From positions 1-44,184 of IMG/VR virus record IMGVR_UViG_3300023314_000003: a DNA stretch of 44,184 bases. One strand, given 5' to 3'. Source of the DNA: a virus. Taxonomy: Duplodnaviria; Caudoviricetes. Made by a program: the position numbers and the translations under genes. This document shows, one piece after another, positions 8,287-18,203 of the stretch (position 1 is the first letter of the stretch; each line of letters begins with the position of its first letter). Under the pieces are notes generated by a model that made no database searches, was not told the origin of the DNA, and saw nothing but the letters and a program-made list of their open reading frames with translations.

Positions 8287-11110
8287 CCAAATTATAGATG
8301 AAGTAGTAGCCCCCATAGCGGAGAAACAGGTCAATGATCTAAAGGCTGCATCGGCTGCGCTTAACGCAGAATTTGCGGGGTTGCTAAAGACTACTATTGA
8401 ACTAAATTCTCAAATAGGCAAAGTAGCTAACAACAGTAAGTTTGCAAAGGCGCAGGAGCAAGCTGCTTTAGCTGCTGAAAAATTAGCTGCTGCGCAATTA
8501 AAAACACAACAAGCGGCAGCAAATGCTCAATTCGCTATTGATAGGCAAGCAGCGGCACAAGCAAAACTAAATCAGGTTAACGCAAAGGCGGCATCCGCCG
8601 AAGCCGAACGTAATCGTTTAGCTGAAAAAAGGCGTAGGATTGTACAGGAAGGGACAGCCGCTGACCTTGCGGCGGCAAATGCGCAACGTACAGAAACGGC
8701 AGCGGTTAGCCAAAATACAAATGCTTTAGCGGCTAATGAGGCCGCTATGCGCCGAAATACCATTGCTGAAACACAGGCCGAACAAGTTGCGGCAAGGTTA
8801 AAAGCAGAAAGATTAGCAGAGGCAGTAGCAACTGCTGAAGCAACAGCGGCTACCGCTGCTAATACTGCGGCTCAAAATTCTAATTCAAATGTATTCGCAA
8901 ATGTTGGGCGTAATTTAACAAGGGGTTTGGGTTACTTGCGTACTCTTGCCTATATATTGCCTGGTATTGGTATTGCAGGCATTTTTACGTTAGCTTTTGG
9001 CGCCATAGAGAAAGCCGCTAACGCTTTGGGCTTGTTTAATAAAGAAATAAGTACTTCAAAGTCAAACCTTGATAATTTCAATGCTGTAACAAGGGATTCG
9101 GCTAAATCCGCATCTGAAAGTTCTACGAAATTAAGAATTCTATATAAAGCGGCTACAGATGTGGCCAATGCCGAAGAAAATAGACTTGAGGCTGCAAAAG
9201 AGTTGCAGAAAGAGTTTCCTAAGACATTTGCTAATATAGATAAGGAAACCATACTAAACGGCGGTGCAAGCGCAAGTTATAACCAACTCACAAAAGATAT
9301 TTTAGCGAATGCAAAAGCAAAGGCCATAGCGGGTAAAATAGCAGAGGTAGCTGCAAAGAAAGCGGAAGAAGAAATAAAATTATTAAAAATACAAAATGCA
9401 AGTACTAATCAAATAAGAAGGGCTGTAATTGAGGCAGATAAGGAAGAGGAACGTAGGTCTGGCCCTCGTGCTGGTGGCATAGGTGGTAGTGGGTATAGAG
9501 TTAATGCAGCCCAGAAAGCGAAAACAGCTTTTGACGATGCTACTAAGGCTATTGATAAATCGACAAAAGCTATTAAGGGGTATGATGACCAAATAGCATT
9601 TTTAGAAAAAGCAGGTGGCGGTAATAACGAAATAGCAAAAGGATTAACTGACCCTATAAAAGAAAAGAAAACGCCAACAAAGCAGGATAATACTTTCGCT
9701 CAATATTTAGCGCAACAGCGTGAGGTATTAGATAGTACTTTGCAATATGAAAAATCAACATATGACGAACGCTTATTAGCTATTGATGCGTTTGAGCAGT
9801 CCAGTAAAATATTAATAGAAAGGGGTGTTAAGGCAAAGGAATTTACCCAGATAGAAGCAAATACAAAGATTTTAGACGCTACAAATGATGCCAACAAAGA
9901 ACGCTTAAAAGTCGAATCCGACGCTCAAAAAGAGTTGTTAAAGCTATTCAAAGAAGGTATTGAAAATCAAAAATCTATACTTGAAAACAGCAAAAATACA
10001 TTTGAGGCTTTTAATGCTGATAGGTTATTGCAAATTGAGAAAGATAAGGATGCTACACTAAATGCACTTGCTGATCAATATGCTAAAGGCAAAATCAAAA
10101 CTAAAGAGTATAACGCCCAAAAAGAACAGATAGAAAGGGATGCTAACGTTGCTACTATTGAATCAGCCATTAAATTGGCACAGGATTTAATAAAAGTTGA
10201 ACAGGAGTTAGGCTTTGATACCGCAGACGATGAACGCAAATTAGCTGAATTACAAATTAAATATTCAGCTGCGGTTAGAGATGCTAAACTAAGCGACCTT
10301 AAAAAAGTAGAGGATGCTCAAAAACAACAAAGCCAATTATTAGGTGACATTGCTAAGGAGGCCGCTAACTTTGTGATTGCCCTAGTCGACGCTGGCTTCA
10401 CCAACCGTAAAAACGCCCTGCGTAAAGAACAGGACGAAATTGAAACAAGGGCGCAGGCAGAGATAGGTGCGGTTGACAGATCTTTAGCAACAGAGCAACA
10501 AAAAGCTGATAAGATAACTGTTATAAACGCTAAAACCACAGCAGAAAAAGAACGTATTGCAAGGGAAGAACGCAAAATAGATGTAGAGAAAGCTAAGTTT
10601 GAAAAGTTGGCATCTGTAGCACGCATTATAGCCGCTACAGGCGTTGCAGAGGTACAAGCCTTAACCTACCTTTCAAATCCATTTACAGCGCCACTATACC
10701 CTGCTATTGCGGCTGCAATAGCAGGTTTAGGAGCGTTGCAATTAGCAACCGTTTTAGCTACACCAATTCCCCAATACGCTAAAGGCACCAAATCAGCTAA
10801 AGGCGGGTTGTCAATTGTTGGTGAGCGTGGTAGGGAGTTGGTAGAAACGCCAAGCGGAATGAGTTTCTTAACAGCAGATACGGCACAAATGATAAATTTA
10901 CCGAAAGGATCAAAAGTTACGCCACACCATGAAACTATGCGCATGATTGGCAGACCTGAAAATTTGAGTAAGTATAGCGGTGGTGAGCAAATACCATGGC
11001 GGGAAATGATGGATATAATGAAAGCTAACAAGCCAGAAAAGAACCGCACTGCCGTAAACGTAAAAGTTGACGCAGGATTTTACCAATATAGACAAAATCA
11101 CTTTAGCTAA
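8273..11110 (+). CDS. Tail tape measure protein
   Basis: 945 aa, Ala/Lys/Glu-rich coiled coil with hydrophobic segments; C-terminal YAKGT..GG..IVGERGRELV motif. Confidence 0.88.
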   Translation: MAGNSQIIDEVVAPIAEKQVNDLKAASAALNAEFAGLLKTTIELNSQIGKVANNSKFAKAQEQAALAAEKLAAAQLKTQQAAANAQFAIDRQAAAQAKLNQVNAKAASAEAERNRLAEKRRRIVQEGTAADLAAANAQRTETAAVSQNTNALAANEAAMRRNTIAETQAEQVAARLKAERLAEAVATAEATAATAANTAAQNSNSNVFANVGRNLTRGLGYLRTLAYILPGIGIAGIFTLAFGAIEKAANALGLFNKEISTSKSNLDNFNAVTRDSAKSASESSTKLRILYKAATDVANAEENRLEAAKELQKEFPKTFANIDKETILNGGASASYNQLTKDILANAKAKAIAGKIAEVAAKKAEEEIKLLKIQNASTNQIRRAVIEADKEEERRSGPRAGGIGGSGYRVNAAQKAKTAFDDATKAIDKSTKAIKGYDDQIAFLEKAGGGNNEIAKGLTDPIKEKKTPTKQDNTFAQYLAQQREVLDSTLQYEKSTYDERLLAIDAFEQSSKILIERGVKAKEFTQIEANTKILDATNDANKERLKVESDAQKELLKLFKEGIENQKSILENSKNTFEAFNADRLLQIEKDKDATLNALADQYAKGKIKTKEYNAQKEQIERDANVATIESAIKLAQDLIKVEQELGFDTADDERKLAELQIKYSAAVRDAKLSDLKKVEDAQKQQSQLLGDIAKEAANFVIALVDAGFTNRKNALRKEQDEIETRAQAEIGAVDRSLATEQQKADKITVINAKTTAEKERIAREERKIDVEKAKFEKLASVARIIAATGVAEVQALTYLSNPFTAPLYPAIAAAIAGLGALQLATVLATPIPQYAKGTKSAKGGLSIVGERGRELVETPSGMSFLTADTAQMINLPKGSKVTPHHETMRMIGRPENLSKYSGGEQIPWREMMDIMKANKPEKNRTAVNVKVDAGFYQYRQNHFS

Positions 11111-13317
11111 TGCCGGACATTAACGATATACAACCTAAAAAGTTTAAGTACACCCTAGATATTAGAGGCGTATTGACAGAGGTTTTATTTAATTCTCCGC
11201 AGGAATGGCTGGAAACTAAGATTGAATACAAACGTGCAAAGGATTACGGCGGTATTATACGCTCAATTATGTTGCCGTTGACATTTGTTTTTCGTGGTGC
11301 TGGTTTGTTACGTGCAGAGTTTTATAAATATGGTGCGTTTTCTCGTGTTGGAGTAGTTATAGGCCAATTAGTTGCGGCTACATGGCTGTATAAAAATATT
11401 TATTTCGGCAAAGTTGATTTTTCCACATGGGACGACGATCCAGATACAGGTGTAACAGTAACCGTTACGGAAAACAATTTCAGCGTTAATTTAAAGGCTT
11501 ATGATGACCAACAATACGCAATACCTGTAGAAGTACCCGAAGCAGTAGATGTTGAGTTAACACCTTTAACGCTTGTTGAAACAGCCGACTTTCTATTTAC
11601 ACCAAACATTGATAACAGAAGTGATGCTTTCTTTGAAATGAAGATTATCACTAATCAGCAAAACGCTGTAATAGCAAGCGTTAACGATGTTGGTTTTTAT
11701 GCTGATTCAACCCCTATATGGGCGACAGATGGGCATTCATTTTTTACAGCACAAGTTGATACAAATGTAAGGTATAAAGGGCATTTTGAGGGATTGATAA
11801 TAGCGCAACCCGTTAGCGGAGTTCAAACGTATAGAATATTGCTTTATAAGTCGGATGGTACATTGGTTCAGGTGCTATACACAGGCTCAACCGACACGGC
11901 CATAGGTTTCAGCTTCGATTACGATTATACTACATCTGTTTTATATGGTGAAAGATTATTTTTCTATTTCGAGCGCGTAGGTAGCACAAATTCTGATTAC
12001 GGTTTCAGGCTTACAAATTCAACCCTGAATTTAGAATACAACACTATTAGCGCAGCATCCATGTGCAAGGCATTAAGGTGTGATTATATTTTTCAGGAAT
12101 TGGTAACTAAAATGAATCAGGGTGTGGTGTATCCCGCTGTTAGTTACTTATTGAGTAATGCCTTGAGTCCATTAGTTATGACCTGTTCTGATGCTATACG
12201 CCAAACCTCGGCGGTTGGTACAATATACCAAGCTGGCGATACTCTACAAATCAATGGCAGGTATCTTGTTTTAGGTGGTGCGATAACCTATAATGGTACG
12301 CTTAGAAATGTAGGGACTTATTTTAATTACGCATTAGGTGTAGAGGAATTTACAACTTTAGCAAATGGTTTTGTTAAGCAAGTATCACAAAATACAAGTA
12401 TATCAATATCCTTTAAGGACTTTTACCAATCCATCTACTCCATCATGGGCGGTCAGGCTGCTTTGGGCTGCGAAACTTCACGGGTGGTTTTAGAAGATTT
12501 AAGCTATTTCTATAGGGCAGGGATAGGTGCTATAAAGTTTGGTTCTGATATACAAACGCCACGCATAACACCTGCTATTGATATAATGTGGAATACTATA
12601 AAAGTAGGTTATGAAGATCAGCAATACGATAAGTTTAACGGCACAAAAGAGGTTAATTCTACACAATTTTATAGCACAGATTTAACTACTCCAAAGCGTG
12701 AACTGAACTTAGTTAGCAAGGTTCGGGCTGACCCGTATGGAATTGAAACGGTACGGATTACGCCTGTAGATACCGCAGCATCCCGTTCGGATAATGATAA
12801 TTTCTTTATTTGGTTGAAAGATGAGCCAGAAAGTGGGCAAACGTATTACAGGCCATTACGTATGGAAGGGCTATTATCTATTACAGGAGCGGATGAAAGC
12901 TATTACAACTGGAAGATTACACCAAAACAAAATCTATTGCGTGGCGGGGCTTATTTACATAGCATACTGGATAAGATGGATGGCTATAAGATTAAATTAA
13001 CTGATAGCCGTAAGAATATTAGCTTAGTGACGGTTGACCTGAGTGGTAGAAGGGTCGGAGAGGGTGACGATATTGAAATAGGGAACTTACCTGATCCGCT
13101 GTTCTTGCCCTATTATATGTCGTTCGTTCCTGCTTCACCGCCTAACGCATTAGATTTAATTGATAGTACTCCTTATGCTGATATATGGTTTGATTTTTAC
13201 GGTGTAACATGGAAGGGTTTTATTGATGAGTTATCTATCGACGCTGCCGAAAATTCACCGCAGACTTATAAATTGCTACTTTCCCCTGATAATAATTTGT
13301 TAAAGTTGGTGCATTAG
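11110..13317 (+). CDS. Tail tip / baseplate-type structural protein
   Basis: 735 aa, beta-rich, TAATG-coupled to the tape measure gene. Confidence 0.6.
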   Translation: MPDINDIQPKKFKYTLDIRGVLTEVLFNSPQEWLETKIEYKRAKDYGGIIRSIMLPLTFVFRGAGLLRAEFYKYGAFSRVGVVIGQLVAATWLYKNIYFGKVDFSTWDDDPDTGVTVTVTENNFSVNLKAYDDQQYAIPVEVPEAVDVELTPLTLVETADFLFTPNIDNRSDAFFEMKIITNQQNAVIASVNDVGFYADSTPIWATDGHSFFTAQVDTNVRYKGHFEGLIIAQPVSGVQTYRILLYKSDGTLVQVLYTGSTDTAIGFSFDYDYTTSVLYGERLFFYFERVGSTNSDYGFRLTNSTLNLEYNTISAASMCKALRCDYIFQELVTKMNQGVVYPAVSYLLSNALSPLVMTCSDAIRQTSAVGTIYQAGDTLQINGRYLVLGGAITYNGTLRNVGTYFNYALGVEEFTTLANGFVKQVSQNTSISISFKDFYQSIYSIMGGQAALGCETSRVVLEDLSYFYRAGIGAIKFGSDIQTPRITPAIDIMWNTIKVGYEDQQYDKFNGTKEVNSTQFYSTDLTTPKRELNLVSKVRADPYGIETVRITPVDTAASRSDNDNFFIWLKDEPESGQTYYRPLRMEGLLSITGADESYYNWKITPKQNLLRGGAYLHSILDKMDGYKIKLTDSRKNISLVTVDLSGRRVGEGDDIEIGNLPDPLFLPYYMSFVPASPPNALDLIDSTPYADIWFDFYGVTWKGFIDELSIDAAENSPQTYKLLLSPDNNLLKLVH

Positions 13318-13327
13318 GTTATATTTG
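13296..13327 (+). promoter_or_regulatory. Bacteroidota sigma-A-type promoter of the moron
   Basis: TTTG at 13296 and TATATTTG at 13320-13327. Confidence 0.65.
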
Positions 13328-13364
13328 TGTGTCGGCAATGGTGCTGATAGAAAAATAGCGAAAA

Positions 13365-13883
13365 ATGAGAATTACTAAAGAAATTGCTGCAAATGTGGCA
13401 AAACAACTCGTGTCGAGTAAAAAAGAGGAAATAAAATCCTTAAAATCACAACAAAGCGAATTTATTACAACTATTTATGAAGCTTCATTATCCGAACTGA
13501 TAAAACAAGCATTTAAAAAACACAAAGGGTTTTTATACACAACTACAAGCATCAGACTGATTGGTTCTGGCTTGCCTGTAGGATATAAATCCTACCAATT
13601 AACAAAGGTATTACCGCAGTGCAATTCATGTGGACAATTTCCAATGAATGACGAGCAGGCTGATGTTATTATTAATTTTAGTAACAAAATTGAAGACTTA
13701 GAAAAAAGCACACACGAATTGCAAAATAATATTGAAGCGGCTTTATTTAATCTTCGCACATACAATAATGTTGAAAAAGAATTTCCAGAGGCTTTTAAAT
13801 TATTGCCAGCCTCTAAAGTGAATACAGGCTTAATGGTTAATATAAAAGATATTAGGTGTAAACTGGATAAAGGCAACTGTTAA
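13365..13883 (+). CDS. Moron protein, Nmad5-like (nucleotide modification associated domain)
   Basis: MRIT..I N-terminus and RTY..VEKEFPEA..LLP C-terminal motif; own promoter and terminator. Family recognised by eye. Confidence 0.55.
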   Translation: MRITKEIAANVAKQLVSSKKEEIKSLKSQQSEFITTIYEASLSELIKQAFKKHKGFLYTTTSIRLIGSGLPVGYKSYQLTKVLPQCNSCGQFPMNDEQADVIINFSNKIEDLEKSTHELQNNIEAALFNLRTYNNVEKEFPEAFKLLPASKVNTGLMVNIKDIRCKLDKGNC

Positions 13884-13909
13884 GTTTATCGCTATTCTTA
13901 GCGGTTATT

Positions 13910-13945
13910 AGCCCGATTAGCATTAATTGTTTTTCGGGCTTTTTT
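13910..13945 (+). terminator. Intrinsic terminator
   Basis: AGCCCGA...TCGGGCT followed by a T run. Confidence 0.75.
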
Positions 13946-14027
13946 GTTATCAAAATTTGTATATTTACCACAATGAATTGTATTTGCGGAGCTTGTGAAA
14001 CCTGTTTATGTTGCAAGGAGGTAGTTA

Positions 14028-15728
14028 ATGGCTAACTTTGCATCAAAACCCGTTCTTAACGGCTTACGTTTCGCTAATAACAACCCATCAACTGCTTATA
14101 ATACCATACCATTTGAGGATGCTGTAGACCTTAGAAGCTACCCGCAAAAGTGGCAAAGAAACGATGTTTGCCCTATACAATTGCTATTTGATTTTGTGCC
14201 TACGTTAGATATTTATACCTGCGATGATATATTTGTTCAAAACATCCCACTCACACCAACGGCAAACGGAGTTTTAGATCAAACGTTTCAATGCTATGAG
14301 GGTGAAATAGATTTCTCAACACTAGCAGAGGGGTTTTATTATGGGAAGTTGACTTATGAAGATGAGAACGAAACACTTCAGGATTACCGCACTTCACCTT
14401 TAGACATTGCCGACTTACATCCCGGCACATCATTAATCCAATATAAAAATTCACAGAATGACAAAGGTGTTATTTTTGATACTGGCATAGAATTCTGCCT
14501 AAGAATTGAGTGTAACTTTGATGAGTTTACCCCAAAGGCTAAAAAGGCGCAATACGAAGATCAGAAATATAACGGTATGCTGCTTAATGGCATACCATAC
14601 CGAACATTTGTTTTATACTTCGGTAGTACAACTACACAGGGCGATAGTACTTTAATACCTGATTGGTTAGTAGATAAATTAAATGTTATATTTACGTGCG
14701 ATAGCGTAAAGATTGACGGAACTTACTATATTGGGTTAGAGGGTGCAGAATTTAAGCCTTATCGCGTTGGTAATTCATACCCAAACGATGGATATTGGAG
14801 TTTAGAAGTACAGGACGTACCAAATTATGATTTAAATAAATATAGTTCAGGAACAACACCCGAAGGAGATTTAATAGTGATAAAACAGGCTAAAACATAT
14901 AACAATGTTGCTGCATCCTTTAATGTAGTGGGTGTGTTTACCGATAATATGAATTTAATTCGGGTTGCTGTTTGGAATTATAATGCAAGCGACGAAGACC
15001 CGCAACCGTTTATAATGCGTTTAGGTACTTCGGCTTTAGGCAACCAGATTGCGCAATTTGATTTTTCAGGAACAGACCTCACAAGTAGTGACGACATAGG
15101 CCACGTATTTAACGCTGCTCAAACTGTTTACGTTACCTTTACCGACTTATCTGGCAATGTAATTACAGGTGTTAACCTTAAAGTTATATTTGATTATAAT
15201 AAATACGATGCGCCTGTATTAAATCCTGTTATTGGTGACGGCGGCAAATATCCAAAAGGCCACTTTGGTTATTACTATGAAGTAACACCCGGCGATTTGG
15301 GTATTCATTGGAATTTAGCAACAGGTTTAGGACAACCCGATACAAAATTTGAGAATTGTGCTATAGTTGGCACAAACGGCATAGATGATTTAACAGGAAT
15401 GTATATTCAGGTTTGGGACAAGGAGAGTTTAGCAACGTTCCAAACGCAAATAGGGGCTGTAGATAATACGATTGAGTTAACGCGTGCTGTTTTACCTGAT
15501 GAGGGTATAAAGTTATTTGTTAACCAAGCTAATCCAAACACCAACCAAAAACCAAACGCAACGCAGCCTGTAGCTATAACAGGGGCAGCAGGAACATTGA
15601 GTTATGAATTGGAAAGGGCGACAGGCGAACCGGGCATAGGGCTTTCAGGTAAATTAGGTGACGGTGATCCTTTAGAAATTACACCGAGTTCGTTTTTATT
15701 ACTGGCGTTTGTAGCAATAACTGACTAA
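14028..15728 (+). CDS. Tail/baseplate structural protein
   Basis: 566 aa, acidic and beta-rich; C-terminal region resembles a tail-collar domain (NGIDDLTG..G....ELT...LP). Confidence 0.55.
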   Translation: MANFASKPVLNGLRFANNNPSTAYNTIPFEDAVDLRSYPQKWQRNDVCPIQLLFDFVPTLDIYTCDDIFVQNIPLTPTANGVLDQTFQCYEGEIDFSTLAEGFYYGKLTYEDENETLQDYRTSPLDIADLHPGTSLIQYKNSQNDKGVIFDTGIEFCLRIECNFDEFTPKAKKAQYEDQKYNGMLLNGIPYRTFVLYFGSTTTQGDSTLIPDWLVDKLNVIFTCDSVKIDGTYYIGLEGAEFKPYRVGNSYPNDGYWSLEVQDVPNYDLNKYSSGTTPEGDLIVIKQAKTYNNVAASFNVVGVFTDNMNLIRVAVWNYNASDEDPQPFIMRLGTSALGNQIAQFDFSGTDLTSSDDIGHVFNAAQTVYVTFTDLSGNVITGVNLKVIFDYNKYDAPVLNPVIGDGGKYPKGHFGYYYEVTPGDLGIHWNLATGLGQPDTKFENCAIVGTNGIDDLTGMYIQVWDKESLATFQTQIGAVDNTIELTRAVLPDEGIKLFVNQANPNTNQKPNATQPVAITGAAGTLSYELERATGEPGIGLSGKLGDGDPLEITPSSFLLLAFVAITD

Positions 15729-16162
15729 TGGGAAAGCACGACATAGCAGTTAATAAGATCAACTCAAAAGAAGTTGGGGCAAATATAATTGCGCAGGATA
15801 AACTTACTTATCAGGAACATTATAACGCTATTGACTTTGATGTTGATGATTTAGTTAATAAGCAAGCTGTATTAGATTTAATTTCAAGTACTGGAATAAC
15901 AGGCAGTGATAAATTTTATGCGGCTACAACAGCATTACCTATCACAATGGTCAATGGGGTTGATTTTGTTACTACAGCTTTACGGCCTATAGTGAACATG
16001 ACTATTGAAAAGGACGCGACAACTGACACCAATAACGGATCTGTTGGTGTATTGGTAGATTATAACTTTACGGACGCTACTAAAACTGTACTTGCCTCAA
16101 TAACAATCCTAGATAACGGATTCGGTTCACTTGAGTTTGATAGTTGGTTTAGGGTGGTTTAA
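15728..16162 (+). CDS. Putative structural protein
   Basis: 144 aa, TAATG-coupled to the upstream tail gene. Confidence 0.5.
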   Translation: MGKHDIAVNKINSKEVGANIIAQDKLTYQEHYNAIDFDVDDLVNKQAVLDLISSTGITGSDKFYAATTALPITMVNGVDFVTTALRPIVNMTIEKDATTDTNNGSVGVLVDYNFTDATKTVLASITILDNGFGSLEFDSWFRVV

Positions 16163-16407
16163 AGCTGAATGCCAGTTATAATTATATCACCTTTAATCGC
16201 GTGAGACCATACACATTTACATCCTGAAAACATAAAATAATCTCCCTCTATAATATTGGTGGGATATGTATACAAAATACGGTTATTAAATTCCTTTATG
16301 CAATCACGCCAAAAATCATAACCGACTGTCATTGTGGGGTTATGTTCAAACCCATATTTTTCGTTGAACTTATTTATATTGTATAGTAATAAATCTAACT
16401 TTTTCAT
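16159..16407 (-). CDS. Hypothetical protein
   Basis: Last gene of the minus-strand block; ATGA-coupled. Confidence 0.6.
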   Translation of the reverse strand: MKKLDLLLYNINKFNEKYGFEHNPTMTVGYDFWRDCIKEFNNRILYTYPTNIIEGDYFMFSGCKCVWSHAIKGDIIITGIQL

Positions 16408-16586
16408 TTTCCCTCCTTTATCAAATAATCCTGTAATATTTGCAGTTCGCTTTCGAGTTGGGCAATGCGGTCGGTAGCAGGCTCAACTAACTTAGTTAAT
16501 ATTTCAATTGCCTTATTTTCCTGTTGCATCATCATGCGGTAGGCTATAGCTGTGCACACGGCTAACATCTTCTCCTCTTTATTCAT
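16404..16586 (-). CDS. Hypothetical coiled-coil protein
   Basis: 60 aa, ATGA-coupled on both sides. Confidence 0.55.
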   Translation of the reverse strand: MNKEEKMLAVCTAIAYRMMMQQENKAIEILTKLVEPATDRIAQLESELQILQDYLIKEGK

Positions 16587-16774
16587 TTACATCTAAATTC
16601 TAAAATTGCCATTATAATTTTGTAGGGTAGTATTTTATTTTGATTTGGCACATTTTTCATAAGTGCATGAACGTAGAATGGTTTTTTACAAGTTGATGCA
16701 CTCCATATAGAGAAAGGTAATAGCAACCACTCTTTAATTACAAACCATTCCCAAGATTTTCGCTTACTTCCCAT
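16583..16774 (-). CDS. Hypothetical protein, paralog of 31199..31399
   Basis: 47/58 aa identical to the copy at 31.2-31.4 kb. Confidence 0.75.
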   Translation of the reverse strand: MGSKRKSWEWFVIKEWLLLPFSIWSASTCKKPFYVHALMKNVPNQNKILPYKIIMAILEFRCK

Positions 16775-17108
16775 TTAGTGCTTTGTTGATGGCGTTTAAA
16801 AGGGCGGTTATTTGTGTGTCGGAGGGTATCTTTCTTTCGCCCCACATTCCGTTTTCGTTTTTGCCCTTAAAGTTGCTCATCATTTCTATAGCGGCCTCTA
16901 ACAATTCATCATTTACCATTGATTTTTGACCTCTATAGTATTGGTGCCTACCATATGGAGTTAATATATCTACAAGCTGTAACTGTTCATCATTACTCCA
17001 TTTGTACTTAGCAGCTAAATCAACAATAGCATCCCTTGTGTTATAAAGGTCGTTGCGCTTGTACTTTTCAATTTGTTCATCTATGCTTAATTCCATATCT
17101 CCCACCAT
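16764..17108 (-). CDS. Hypothetical protein
   Basis: 114 aa ORF in the coupled block. Confidence 0.6.
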   Translation of the reverse strand: MVGDMELSIDEQIEKYKRNDLYNTRDAIVDLAAKYKWSNDEQLQLVDILTPYGRHQYYRGQKSMVNDELLEAAIEMMSNFKGKNENGMWGERKIPSDTQITALLNAINKALNGK

Positions 17109-17181
17109 TTCTTTTTAGGTTGTTCTTTTTTGGTTGCTTTTCTTAGGGCATCTTTACATTTCAGTAAGTGCCAATTATACA

Positions 17182-17439
17182 TTACCAAATCCTTTTCGGT
17201 AATGTCGTGGGTTGCGTTGTAGGGTTCCATTCTATCTCTATTACTGTTAATTCAAACGTTCTATCGCCAAAGCTCATATTATGCACCTGATTTAAGTTTG
17301 CTTCTATAACGGCTGCATAAACTTGATCAGTAACATCCACCTTATTGCGCCACATCCCCTCTTTTACTATTGATCCCGCAAATATTGTTTTAGTTATTGG
17401 GGAACACGCTATCCTTATTTTTTCCAATTCTACTTTCAT
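17182..17439 (-). CDS. Hypothetical phage protein
   Basis: 85 aa; SPITKTIFAG...W..K.DVT pattern. Confidence 0.6.
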   Translation of the reverse strand: MKVELEKIRIACSPITKTIFAGSIVKEGMWRNKVDVTDQVYAAVIEANLNQVHNMSFGDRTFELTVIEIEWNPTTQPTTLPKRIW

Positions 17440-17602
17440 ATCTTTTTATCCTTTTACTTTAAATCCCCACCCTATCTCTTTATCATTATAATAAGCCCTG
17501 TAGCAAAACATTGTCGGGTGCCCTGTGAAATATTTATTGTTATACATGCGGACGTAGTATATTTGGTTTAGGGGGTAAGGGTCGCGGGCGTAAACGAACA
17601 TA

Positions 17603-17821
17603 TTATAACAATTCGTAATCAGCCGCCTTAAATTCCTTACAAATACCAAACCCTTTTACAACTATTCCGAATGGATGTTCGCCTTTGTCGAGGTCGTCAT
17701 AATCAACCGAAAGCGTACCGCCTTCATGGAATTTAGGGTGACAATCTACAGTAAGTTTTATCCTTACTTTAGTACCATCGGGCATATTGCACATTTGTTT
17801 ATTTGTAAATATCTTTTCCAT
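17603..17821 (-). CDS. Hypothetical protein
   Basis: 72 aa with an A-rich start region. Confidence 0.55.
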   Translation of the reverse strand: MEKIFTNKQMCNMPDGTKVRIKLTVDCHPKFHEGGTLSVDYDDLDKGEHPFGIVVKGFGICKEFKAADYELL

Positions 17822-17823
17822 AA

Positions 17824-18030
17824 TTATAATTTATTTACACCGCTAAACCAACGTATTAATAATTGCGCATGTTCTGTATCTCCAAAATCACCATCTGAAA
17901 AAGGAACGTTAAAATGTATTTGTAAGTTATCTACAACACAATCGTATAGAGAACAAACAGTATTATTTGAATATCTCGTTGCGATTGGCTTGTTTTTATA
18001 CAACAGTTTTTTTATTTCGTTTAATTCCAT
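17824..18030 (-). CDS. Hypothetical protein
   Basis: Start re-assigned to MELNEIKK (68 aa); the longer track ORF runs into the RNA hairpin. Confidence 0.55.
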   Translation of the reverse strand: MELNEIKKLLYKNKPIATRYSNNTVCSLYDCVVDNLQIHFNVPFSDGDFGDTEHAQLLIRWFSGVNKL

Positions 18031-18055
18031 ATCTAAATTTTTAATTAATTCCTTT

Positions 18056-18091
18056 AAAAAACAGCGGCTCCCTCTCGCAGTTGACCGCTGT
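18056..18091 (-). terminator. Terminator-like hairpin closing the RNA cluster
   Basis: ACAGCGG...CCGCTGT followed by TTTT on the minus strand. Confidence 0.6.
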
Positions 18092-18138
18092 ATAAACCTA
18101 AACACACAATTATGAAACTACCTTTGCGGTAGTGCTTT

Positions 18139-18201
18139 GACGGACTATTAACCCTATAGCCTACATTTCTGCGGATAGCTCGGGGTTGCTATCTACCCGT
18201 C
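18139..18201 (-). ncRNA. Putative structured RNA (4-way junction with loop-loop pairing) directly 3' of the tRNA-like element
   Basis: GACGG/CCGUC closing stem; GAUAGC/GCUAUC hairpin (loop AACCCCGA); GCA-GAAA-UGU; CUAU/AUAG hairpin (loop AGGGUUA); the loops are complementary (AACCC/GGGUU). Confidence 0.55.
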
Positions 18202-18203
18202 CG

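Noticed and set aside
8572-11101. Minus-strand ORFs inside the tape measure gene, and similar ones in the tail and fibre genes
   Set aside because: Shadow ORFs from codon bias of the + strand genes; no start context or recognisable motifs.
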